NCBI GenBank assembly: GCA_048772705.1
Contig: JBLWGC010000039.1
Coordinates: forward strand, 1-5,651
DNA: 5,651 nucleotides
Reading direction: 5' to 3'
Source of the DNA: Leidyana gryllorum EB-2025a
Lineage: Eukaryota > Protista > Apicomplexa
The notes under the pieces are model-generated. The model made no database searches, was not told where the DNA came from, and saw only the letters and a list, made by a program, of their open reading frames with translations. The translations under genes and the position numbers were made by a program. The stretch's first letter is position 1; the number at the start of each line of letters is the position of its first letter. Shown in pieces: positions 1 through 5,479 of the stretch.

Positions 1-34
1 AATAGCGATTGTTTCGTCATCTCCGGCTTCCATT

Positions 35-106
35 GCCTTCTTAGTCTAGGGGCAGAGCGTTCGCTTCGTAAGCGAGAAGTCGCCGGTTCGATTCCGGCTG
101 GAGGCT
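35..106 (+). tRNA. trnT: tRNA-Thr(CGT), mildly degenerate
   Basis: GCCTTCT..TGGAGGC-T acceptor with U7:U66 mismatch. D-stem GTCT instead of GCTT. TTCGC-TT-CGT-AA-GCGAG, anticodon 67-69. Intact T-arm. Confidence 0.88.
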
Positions 107-204
107 CGACTGCATCGACTGGGCACCGGCAAGCTGCTCGCAAACTCCAATAATCGTAGCTCAGCCATCAGAGGTAAGTCTCTCACAGGAAACGGGTAAC
201 ACTT

Positions 205-327
205 CGTCCGAAAATGCGGGCGGATGATCGCAACCATATTTAGGCTAATGACTGAAGCCTCCTGCCGGAATCGAACCAGCGACCTTTCGCTCACAAAGTG
301 AATGCTCTGCCCCTAAGCTAAGGAGGC
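205..327. repeat. Thr plus 3' flank, inverted copy at 925-1046
   Basis: cgtccgaaaatgcgggcgga...atcgcaaccat is the reverse complement of atggttgcgat...tccgcccgcattttcggacg. Confidence 0.88.
256..327 (-). tRNA. trnT: tRNA-Thr(TGT), mildly degenerate
   Basis: Reverse complement GCCTCCTTAGCTTAGGGGCAGAGCA-TTCAC-TT-TGT-GA-GCGAA-AGGTC-GCTGGTTCGATTCCGGC-AGGAGGCT. A:C mismatch in anticodon stem, and G37 instead of A37. Confidence 0.88.
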
Positions 328-391
328 ATTTCCTGTCTCGACCCATATGAGTTTTTGATGCTGGGAATTGCACCATTTCCACCACATCGCA

Positions 392-473
392 CGACAACTG
401 CTGGATTTGAACCAAAGCGGGCCAGGCCCAGTAGATTTCTAGTCTACCCCCTCAACCACTCGGGCAAGTTGCC
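392..473 (-). tRNA. trnS: tRNA-Ser(AGA), T-stem weakened
   Basis: 82 nt with long variable arm. GTAGA-CT-AGA-AA-TCTAC, G discriminator. T-stem TTTGG/CCAGC has a mismatch. Confidence 0.88.
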
Positions 474-521
474 GCTATCGAGCTTGGCATTTTGCAGCCA
501 GTGGCTTCACATACGGTTCAG

Positions 522-595
522 CACTGCTCGCGCCGGCACGAACCCGTGGTTCTCCCATCAAACGTCTTGCGCGCCACCGACGGAGTTGGGGCGGC
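522..595 (-). pseudogene. Highly eroded tRNA-Lys(TTT)-like pseudogene
   Basis: Reverse complement GCCGCCCCAACTCCGTCGGTGGCGCGCAAGACGTTTGA...GGGTTCGTGCC aligns with the Lys pseudogene at 3967-4039 and shares its 5' flank (aaggaagctc vs aaggaaactc on +). Confidence 0.6.
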
Positions 596-765
596 AAGGA
601 AGCTCGCCCTGTACCTGAAGAAGGCCCAAGATCCCACGATCAATACAAATGGAATTGGTTACTAAGTCCAAATCTGTATCAGAGATCCACTCACTTGATC
701 ACGCCGACATTCCATATTTTCCAAGACGGTACGGCTCTCGGCCGAAGCCCCAACTCAACCACTCG

Positions 766-836
766 TCCACTGTAGTCTAAGTGGCTAGGATATGCGGCCT
801 CACCCGCAAGCTCCGGGCTCAAGTCCGGCAGTGGAA
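766..836 (+). pseudogene. trnE: tRNA-Glu(CTC) pseudogene
   Basis: Same body as Glu at 3505-3577. 6-nt anticodon loop (TGCGG-CCTCAC-CCGCA), T54C change and 1-nt deletion in T-stem. Confidence 0.85.
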
Positions 837-924
837 GTCAGTGGTTGAGGTCAGTGGAATACTCGAGCAAAGTGCCCAGCAATCTCCGTCAATAGTGTCT
901 GATTCGTGATCTTCGGCCTGCATT

Positions 925-996
925 GCCTTCTTAGCTTAGAGGCAGAGCATTCGCTTAGTAATCGAAAGGTCGACGGTTCGATTCCGGCAGGAGGCT
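925..996 (+). tRNA. trnT: tRNA-Thr(AGT), two stem mismatches
   Basis: TTCGC-TT-AGT-AA-TCGAA, anticodon 957-959, C:U mismatch. T-stem GACGG/CCGGC has an A:G mismatch. Acceptor stem pairs. Confidence 0.88.
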
Positions 997-1052
997 TCAG
1001 TCAGGAGCCCAAACATGGTTGCGATCTCCGCCCGCATTTTCGGACGGCGGCT

Positions 1053-1078
1053 TGCAGACAGCACTCGACCATCTCGCC
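1053..1078 (-). pseudogene. 5' fragment of tRNA-Leu
   Basis: Reverse complement GGCGAGATGGTCGAGTG matches the 5' end of Leu at 2549-2628 and sits in the same Leu-spacer-Asp context. Confidence 0.6.
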
Positions 1079-1245
1079 GAAGTGTTGTTGGCTCGCCGTT
1101 CCACCCGTTTCCCGTCCGTGTAATCTCAAAATGCGAGGACTTCTGGGGTTGGAGGCCGGCGTGTTTACTAGCGTCCGAGATAGTATAGTGGTCAGTATTT
1201 CCGCCTGTCACGCTGAAAACCCGGGTTCGATTCCCGGTCTCGGAG
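1062..1245. repeat. Leu(5')-spacer-Asp block, direct copy at 2612-2793
   Basis: Shared spacer tgttgttggctcgccg...aatctcaa...aggactt...ggggtt...aggccgg. Confidence 0.88.
1174..1245 (+). tRNA. trnD: tRNA-Asp(GTC), one anticodon-stem mismatch
   Basis: TCCGAGA/TCTCGGA-G acceptor. TCCGC-CT-GTC-AC-GCTGA, anticodon 1207-1209. Perfect T-arm. Confidence 0.9.
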
Positions 1246-1300
1246 CACAGTTGGTTTCGCTTAAGATTCTGTCCTTTGGTTCTCGCTGAAAGTTGCGAGC

Positions 1301-1373
1301 TACAGCCACCGAGGATCGAACTCGGGACCTTCTGCGTGTAAAGCAGACGTCGTAACCACTAGACCATGGCTGC
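1301..1373 (-). tRNA. trnV: tRNA-Val(TAC), apparently intact
   Basis: GCAGCCA/TGGCTGT-A acceptor, TCTGC-TT-TAC-AC-GCAGA, CCGAG-TTCGATC-CTCGG. Confidence 0.95.
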
Positions 1374-1436
1374 ACGGCAGGTCCCGCAGACCAAAGCAAG
1401 TGGGGAGGTTTCACGAAGTAGTGAGGACTAGTTTCA

Positions 1437-1508
1437 AGGTCGCGCCGGGAATCGAACCCAGGTCGGGAGATTCAAAGTCTCCAGTGCTCACCATTACACC
1501 ACGCAACC
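1437..1508 (-). tRNA. trnQ: tRNA-Gln(TTG), apparently intact
   Basis: GGTTGCG/CGCGACC-T acceptor, GGAGA-CT-TTG-AA-TCTCC, CTGGG-TTCGATT-CCCGG. Confidence 0.95.
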
Positions 1509-1600
1509 GATTTAGCCCTTCTCAAAGAGTTGATAGAGCCATCCGGACTAGAGCTTCCCGCAAAACGGGTTTTTCTACTAACCTCCAAAATATTCAACTG

Positions 1601-1657
1601 GCTCTTGTAGCGCAGTGGGCAAAGCGTGTGATTGTTAAATACTAAGTCGCAGGTCCG
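1601..1657 (+). pseudogene. tRNA-Asn(GTT) pseudogene, 3' end lost
   Basis: GCTCTTGTAGCGCAGTGGGCAAAGCG-TGTGA-TT-GTT-AA-ATACT-AAGTCGCAGGTCCG. The 3' T-arm and acceptor strand are unrecognisable. Confidence 0.65.
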
Positions 1658-1774
1658 CGGTCTCAGGCACCCTAGACCGTATTGCGATGCCAAAGTCTAT
1701 CCAAGGGCTACAGGGCACAATCAAAGGCTCTCAACTCGGTAAATACATAGCGGCAGGTGCGGCCGTACGAAGTT

Positions 1775-1846
1775 TGGACGATCTGGACATCGATCCCATA
1801 CCTTTCGCATGCTAAGCGAGCGCTCTACCATCTGAGCCAGTCGCCC
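1775..1846 (-). tRNA. trnA: tRNA-Ala(AGC), degenerate (possible pseudogene)
   Basis: G3:U70 present. CTCGC-TT-AGC-AT-GCGAA and eukaryotic Ala T-loop GATCGAT. 1-nt deletion near T-stem, with C7:A66 and C27:A43 mismatches. Confidence 0.85.
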
Positions 1847-1934
1847 GACGTGCAGTCCCCATCGCATTTATCGGTTGCCAACATAGCATGACCACTCTCT
1901 CGACTCTACCCGCGGATTGCACCACCGACCAGTC

Positions 1935-2005
1935 AGCTGTTTGGTCTAGTGGTATATCCTTCCTTAGGGTGGATTGAGTGCTGGGTTCGATTCCCAGAAC
2001 AGCCC
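1935..2005 (+). pseudogene. trnP: tRNA-Pro(AGG), degenerate copy
   Basis: Relative to intact Pro copies: G1A, 1-nt D-arm deletion, anticodon stem 3' strand GGATT instead of GGAAG. Anticodon 1966-1968. Confidence 0.82.
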
Positions 2006-2079
2006 GCTTTGTTGTATCTTGACCCAACCTGCCTGGCAGCATGGTTCTGGGTTCGGGTGATTCTTCGGAGACAGTCGGG

Positions 2080-2152
2080 GGGAGTGTAGCGCAGTCGGTA
2101 GCGCGTAGGTCTCATAATCCTGAAGTCGAGAGTTCGATCCTCTCCACTCCCA
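2080..2152 (+). tRNA. trnM: Elongator tRNA-Met(CAT), apparently intact
   Basis: GGGAGTG/CACTCCC-A acceptor. TAGGT-CT-CAT-AA-TCCTG with the U31:U39 pair typical of eukaryotic elongator Met. TTCGA T-loop. Confidence 0.95.
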
Positions 2153-2196
2153 GGGTCGGAATCGCAATCGCCGACAAACTCATCATGCTATCGTTT

Positions 2197-2267
2197 TGCA
2201 TCTGTCGGGAATCGCACACGGGCTATCTTGATGGCAGCGAGAGACTCTTCCACTAGACCACAGATGC
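2197..2267 (-). pseudogene. trnG: tRNA-Gly(GCC), degenerate
   Basis: GCATCTG/CAGATGC-A acceptor intact, loop CT-GCC-AT. T-loop reads GTGCGATT instead of GTTCGATT, with T-stem and anticodon-stem mismatches. Confidence 0.82.
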
Positions 2268-2347
2268 GTGACACCTTGTTGTTGAAGCTCGTACACGGTA
2301 ACGGCCGTTTTCTGAACGAATGGAATGTCCGTGGCGTGTTCAGAGCG

Positions 2348-2419
2348 TCCGAGATCGCATAGTGGTTACTATTTTCGCATGTCACGCCTAAGAAGCGGGC
2401 CCGATTGCCGGTAAATGAG
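2348..2419 (+). pseudogene. tRNA-Asp(GTC) pseudogene
   Basis: TCCGAGATCGCATAGTGGTTACTATTTTCGCATGTCACG aligns to the Asp copies. B-box and 3' acceptor strand destroyed. Confidence 0.8.
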
Positions 2420-2440
2420 TCTGGAACGGGGGATGCTTTT

Positions 2441-2512
2441 GGGCCTATGGCGCAACGGTAGCGCGTCTGACTCCAGATCAGAAGGTTGGGTGTTCGAATC
2501 ACTCTGGGCTCA
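2441..2512 (+). tRNA. trnW: tRNA-Trp(CCA), apparently intact
   Basis: GGGCCTA/TGGGCTC-A acceptor. TCTGA-CT-CCA-GA-TCAGA with full 5-bp stem. Intact T-arm. Confidence 0.95.
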
Positions 2513-2525
2513 ACCGGACTCTATG

Positions 2526-2530
2526 TTTTT
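2526..2530 (+). terminator. Candidate RNA polymerase III terminator (T5) for tRNA-Trp
   Basis: TTTTT starting 14 nt after the discriminator. Confidence 0.5.
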
Positions 2531-2548
2531 CCCGTTTGGGGCGCAACC

Positions 2549-2628
2549 TGACAAAAGTGGGATTCGAACCCACTACCTTTCAGACTCCGGTCTGAGCACA
2601 ACGCCTCAGACCACTCGGTCATCTTGCC
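2549..2628 (-). pseudogene. trnL: tRNA-Leu(CAG), degenerate
   Basis: GGCAAGA/TTTTGTC-A acceptor and perfect T-arm GTGGG-TTCGAAT-CCCAC. Long variable region. Anticodon arm TTGTG-CT-CAG-AC-CGGAG poorly paired. Confidence 0.8.
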
Positions 2629-2721
2629 GGGATGTTGTTGGCTCGCCGCTCCACGCGTTTTCTATCCCTGGAATCTCAAGATGGAAGGACTTTGGGGTTT
2701 CAGGCCGGTGTGTTCGGAGCG

Positions 2722-2793
2722 TCCGAGATAGTATAGTGGTTAGTATTTCCGCCTGTCACGCGGAAGACCCGGGTTCGATTCCCTGTCTCGGAG
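2722..2793 (+). tRNA. trnD: tRNA-Asp(GTC), one T-stem mismatch
   Basis: TCCGC-CT-GTC-AC-GCGGA perfect. T-stem CCGGG/CCCTG has a C:U mismatch. Confidence 0.92.
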
Positions 2794-2931
2794 CAGTTCC
2801 AGCCCCTCACAACTGCTGCAACTCAGATTTTGTCTCAGCTGGTCTGGACTTCATCCGGGATTATACGAGTGGGAGCCGCGTATAGTAGCCCAAGTTGGAG
2901 AGACGTGGGATTGAGTCAACAACTATCAGAC

Positions 2932-3003
2932 GGGCTGTTCTGGGAATCGAACCCAGGACTCCTTCCACCCTAAGGAAGGATCATACCACTAGACCAAACA
3001 GCC
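2932..3003 (-). tRNA. trnP: tRNA-Pro(AGG), apparently intact
   Basis: GGCTGTT/AACAGCC-C acceptor, CTTCC-TT-AGG-GT-GGAAG, CTGGG-TTCGATT-CCCAG. Confidence 0.95.
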
Positions 3004-3057
3004 GACTGGTCGGTGGTGCAAATTGCTGGTAGAGTCGGGAGACTGGTCATAATATGT

Positions 3058-3130
3058 CAGCGGCTAGCTCAAATGATATAGCACTCGCTTAAGATGCGAG
3101 AGATACTGGGATCAATGCCCAGGTCGTCCA
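3058..3130 (+). pseudogene. tRNA-Ala-derived pseudogene with anticodon AAG
   Basis: Ala body and flank, paralogous to 1775-1846. CTCGC-TT-AAG-AT-GCGAG. G3:U70 kept, but pairs 1:72 and 2:71 broken and D-loop GG lost. Confidence 0.8.
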
Positions 3131-3206
3131 ACCTTCTAACGGCTGCACCTGCGGTATTTGAAAACAGAGTCACGACCGAATGGAGTTGATGCCCGATCAC
3201 ATAACA

Positions 3207-3288
3207 CGACAACTGCTGCATTCGAACCAGCGCCGGCCAGACCCAGTAGATTTCGAGTCTACCCCCTTAACCACTCGGGCAAGTTGCC
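3207..3288 (-). tRNA. trnS: tRNA-Ser(CGA), C61G lesion
   Basis: 82 nt, same body as 392-473. GTAGA-CT-CGA-AA-TCTAC. T-arm GCTGG-TTCGAAT-GCAGC breaks G53:C61. Confidence 0.88.
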
Positions 3289-3349
3289 AACTGTCGAATT
3301 CGACATGCCGCGAGGAGTGACCAAATACCCCCATGTTCAGCCTGTCCTG

Positions 3350-3419
3350 CGGCATTTATAGGTGTCTAAACTCACCTCTCGCGTGCAAAGTCACCGCTCT
3401 ACCACTTGAGTAGCTGCCC
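3350..3419 (-). pseudogene. tRNA-Ala(TGC) pseudogene
   Basis: Reverse complement GGGCAGCTACTCAAGTGGTAGAGCG-GTGAC-TT-TGC-AC-GCGAG-AGGT. The 3' third is eroded, so the left boundary is approximate. Confidence 0.7.
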
Positions 3420-3504
3420 ACCCGCCAAACCTAGGTGAATTTCCCACCTGAGATCGATCACAGTTTTCTGGCGCCTCATTCGTCAGTGCAACTGTTGTGA
3501 CTCG

Positions 3505-3577
3505 TCCACTGTAGTCTAAGTGGCTAGGATATGCGGCTTTCACCCGCACGATCCGGATTCAAGTCCCGGCAGTGGAA
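3505..3577 (+). tRNA. trnE: tRNA-Glu(TTC), G53A lesion
   Basis: TCCACTG/CAGTGGA-A acceptor. TGCGG-CT-TTC-AC-CCGCA, anticodon 3539-3541. T-arm CCGGA-TTCAAGT-CCCGG. Confidence 0.9.
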
Positions 3578-3646
3578 GTCATTAGAGTACTCGATCAAAG
3601 TGCTCTTGTGTCAATAGGGACTGATGCGTGACTCCCGGCTTGCATT

Positions 3647-3715
3647 GCCTTCTTAGCTTAGGGGCAGAGCATTCGCTTAAGCGAAAGGTCGCCGGTTCGA
3701 TTCCGGCAGAAGGTT
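3647..3715 (+). pseudogene. tRNA-Thr body lacking an anticodon (3-nt deletion)
   Basis: TTCGC-TTAA-GCGAA, a 4-nt loop. All stems and A/B boxes otherwise pair. 69 nt versus 72 in paralogs. Confidence 0.88.
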
Positions 3716-3832
3716 TTGCTCACAAGCTTAAGCTTTTCGGGCTGGTCTCTCGGTCTCGATAACGACCTGAGGGGGTTGCAAAATTCTCAGGCCTTGTCTG
3801 CCCCCATTCGTCAGTGCAACTTTGGTGACTTG

Positions 3833-3905
3833 TCCACTATAGTCTCGGTGGCTAGTATATGCGGCGCCAACGCGCACCATCCCGGTTCGAGTCTCGGCAG
3901 CGCAA
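3833..3905 (+). pseudogene. tRNA-Glu-derived pseudogene
   Basis: TCCACTATAGTCTCGGTGGCTAGTATATGCGG aligns to the Glu copies and shares the 5' flank of 3505. Loop CG-CCA-AC, broken acceptor stem. Confidence 0.8.
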
Positions 3906-3966
3906 ATGCAGCTGGGTGTGCTTGTACGCAACATACTGCATTCTTACTCCCCGGCCCACTCGTCCG

Positions 3967-4039
3967 CACCGCCCACGGGACTTCACTCTGCGACTGCAAG
4001 ATTAAGAGGCTCGCGCTCCACCGACTGAGCTAGGACGAC
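3967..4039 (-). pseudogene. tRNA-Lys(CTT) pseudogene
   Basis: Reverse complement GTCGTCCTAGCTCAGTCGGTGGAGCG-CGAGC-CT-CTT-AA-TCTTG...GGGCGGTG. T-arm destroyed. Confidence 0.78.
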
Positions 4040-4119
4040 AAGGAAACTCTAAACTAAGTTACACTCTATTTGCCTCAGGGTGGAGTCATGCAAGTCATTG
4101 GGCAGGTCGACCGGAGTCC

Positions 4120-4173
4120 TTAGTAGTTTCGCGCGTCACGCGGAAGACCTGGGTTCGACTGCCGGTCTTACAG
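4120..4173 (+). pseudogene. 3' fragment of tRNA-Asp(GTC)
   Basis: GTCACGCGGAAGACCTGGGTTCGACTGCCGGTCT, followed by flank cacagctcgttccgctt resembling the 3' flank of Asp 1174-1245. Confidence 0.75.
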
Positions 4174-4260
4174 CACAGCTCGTTCCGCTTTAGACTTCGT
4201 TTGGTGCTCACTCAAAAGGTGCGGTTCGGGAGCAAACCTCGATGTCCAAGGGTCACACGA

Positions 4261-4297
4261 CAGGCGTTCGCTCACTTGGTACAGCATCTGACTGCGG
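4261..4297 (+). pseudogene. Possible 5' half of a tRNA-Cys-like gene
   Basis: GCTCACTTGGTACAGCATCTGACTGCGG resembles a D-arm plus TCTGA-CT-GCA. No 3' half visible. Confidence 0.35.
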
Positions 4298-4352
4298 CGG
4301 GTGCGGCAGGTAGTCGACCGTTCCATTCCCCTCCCCGACACTTGCCTCCTTA

Positions 4353-4433
4353 TGCGAGAAGTGGGGTTCGAATCCACGCGGAATTAACCAGTGGATCTTA
4401 AGGCCACCCCCTTAACCTCTCGGGCATTCTCGC
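4353..4433 (-). tRNA. trnL: tRNA-Leu(TAA), two lesions
   Basis: GCGAGAA/TTCTCGC-A acceptor and long variable arm. GTGGC-CT-TAA-GA-TCCAC has C31:U39. G53A in T-stem. Confidence 0.87.
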
Positions 4434-4483
4434 AATGCAGCGTCGAAATAAGTAGTCTGGGGTTTCTGCGGGTAGCCAGTGCC

Positions 4484-4563
4484 CTTTCAAGGCGGGAGAA
4501 AGATACTCACGACCATGTGAGTGCGGTCTGAAAATAGCGCCTTACCCACTAGGGCATCTTGCC
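4484..4563 (-). pseudogene. tRNA-Leu(CAG) pseudogene
   Basis: Reverse complement GGCAAGATGCCCTAGTGGGTAAGGCGCTATTTTCAGACCGCA...GTCGTGAGT, paralogous to 2549-2628. T-arm lost and left boundary approximate. Confidence 0.7.
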
Positions 4564-4651
4564 ACATTCTGGTAGGCGCAAGTCTAATGGAACTCTCTCT
4601 TGATGGTTATACACTTTCATTCGACGGCTCCGTTGATTGGCGCTATGGCCT

Positions 4652-4724
4652 GGCGTTATGGCCTAATGGATATTGCATCGGTCTACGAAACCGGGGATTC
4701 TGGGTTCGAGTCCCAGTAGCGTCT
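4652..4724 (+). tRNA. trnR: tRNA-Arg(ACG), D-stem mismatches
   Basis: GGCGTTA/TAGCGTC acceptor. TCGGT-CT-ACG-AA-ACCGG, anticodon 4685-4687. Perfect T-arm. D-stem GCCT/TTGC. Confidence 0.87.
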
Positions 4725-4828
4725 GGGCGAATGGCCGGGTTGCAGCCTGTTGAGTCAACAACTCAGATCCTGTCTTAGCTGTCAGGGACACTGTGCGGAA
4801 TGGGGTGTTGGGTCAACAACTATCAGAC

Positions 4829-4900
4829 GGGCTGTTCTGGGAATCGAACCCAGGACTCCTTCCACCCTAAGGAAGGATCATACCACTAGACCAAACAGCC
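4829..4900 (-). tRNA. trnP: tRNA-Pro(AGG), apparently intact
   Basis: Identical to 2932-3003. Confidence 0.95.
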
Positions 4901-4977
4901 GCCTCGCCGGTGGTTCAACCCGCTGGGTACAGTCGAGAGACTCGTCTCACTATGTGAAGTATCACTCACTGCCATGA

Positions 4978-5050
4978 GGTAGGCTAGCCCAGATGATGAA
5001 ACGGTGGCTTAGTATACGAAAGGTTCTGGGATCGATTCCCAGCCCATCCG
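4978..5050 (+). pseudogene. tRNA-Ala-derived pseudogene (loop TT-AGT-AT)
   Basis: Ala-type T-arm CTGGGATCGATTCCCAG, in the same divergent Pro/Ala arrangement as the other copies. Other arms eroded. Confidence 0.7.
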
Positions 5051-5136
5051 AACTACATCCCAGCACTGCCCGCCGTGCACGTAGCACCCGGCTAACTTTC
5101 GTCGATACAACTGACACATGATTCTCCAGCTAAGTT

Positions 5137-5208
5137 GCCTTCTTAGCTTAGGGGCAGAGCGTTCGCTTCGTAAGCGAGAAGGCGCCGGTTCGATTCCGGC
5201 AGAAGGCT
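5137..5208 (+). tRNA. trnT: tRNA-Thr(CGT), apparently intact
   Basis: GCCTTCT/AGAAGGC-T acceptor. TTCGC-TT-CGT-AA-GCGAG, anticodon 5169-5171. Perfect T-arm. Confidence 0.95.
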
Positions 5209-5249
5209 TTGTTGCATCGATAGGCTTAAGAGGAATGGCTGTCACCCAG

Positions 5250-5286
5250 TGCCATCGAGATAACCTGTGTGCGATTCCCGACTGCA
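5250..5286 (+). pseudogene. 3' fragment of tRNA-Gly(GCC)
   Basis: TGCCATCGAGATAACCTGTGTGCGATTCCCGACTGCA is an inverted paralog of 2197-2267. 5' half absent, 3-nt deletion in the acceptor strand. Confidence 0.78.
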
Positions 5287-5330
5287 AAATGGTAGCATGA
5301 TGAGTTTGTCGGCGGTTTCGATTCCGACCG

Positions 5331-5403
5331 CGAGAGTGGAGAGGCTCGAACTCTCGACTTCAGGATTATGAGACCTACGCGCTAGCGGCTGCGCTACACT
5401 CCC
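5331..5403 (-). tRNA. trnM: Elongator tRNA-Met(CAT), degenerate copy
   Basis: Paralog of 2080-2152. D-loop GG changed to GC, discriminator A to G. Anticodon arm identical. Confidence 0.85.
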
Positions 5404-5479
5404 CCTCCGACTTTCTCCGAGGAATCGCCCGAACCCAGAACCATGCTGCCAGGCAGGTTGGGTCAAGATACAACAAAGC

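Larger units (their letters stand above)
761..996. repeat. Glu-Thr block, direct copy at ~3500-3715, partial copy at 1-106
   Basis: Shared spacer motifs tactcga(g/t)caaagtgc, gtcaatag and cggc..gcatt. Confidence 0.88.
1835..2237. repeat. Ala-Pro-Met-Gly block, inverted copy at ~5250-5651
   Basis: Spacers align in reverse complement, e.g. gctttgttgtatcttgacccaacctgcctggcagcatggttctgggttcggg. Same gene order. Confidence 0.92.
2932..3160. repeat. Pro-Ala block: inverted copy of ~1741-2005, and direct paralog of ~4829-5050
   Basis: Shared gactggtcggtggtgcaa spacer and Ala 3' flank (ggctgcacctgcgg vs gcaggtgcggcc). Confidence 0.85.

Noticed and set aside
150-200. Possible tRNA remnant (gtagctcagccatcagag...)
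   Set aside because: Only an A-box-like motif, with no foldable arms or assignable family.
766-836. TCA in the anticodon loop suggesting a UGA suppressor or selenocysteine tRNA
   Set aside because: The body is Glu, the loop has 6 nt from a deletion in CT-CTC-AC, there is no long variable arm, and the T-arm is damaged.
2441-2512. tRNA-Trp as a 4-bp anticodon-stem UGA readthrough variant
   Set aside because: The stem is a full 5 bp (TCTGA/TCAGA).
2872-2912. Possible tRNA remnant (gccgcg...tagcccaagttggagag)
   Set aside because: Weak D-arm resemblance only, indistinguishable from chance by eye.
3833-3905. CCA at the anticodon position of a Glu body (apparent Trp switch)
   Set aside because: U33 is lost, G31:G39 is mismatched and the acceptor stem is broken, which fits plain decay.
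4978-5050. Calling this a sixth tRNA-Thr(AGT)
   Set aside because: The T-arm and context are Ala-type. AGT is one transition from AGC in an eroded copy.
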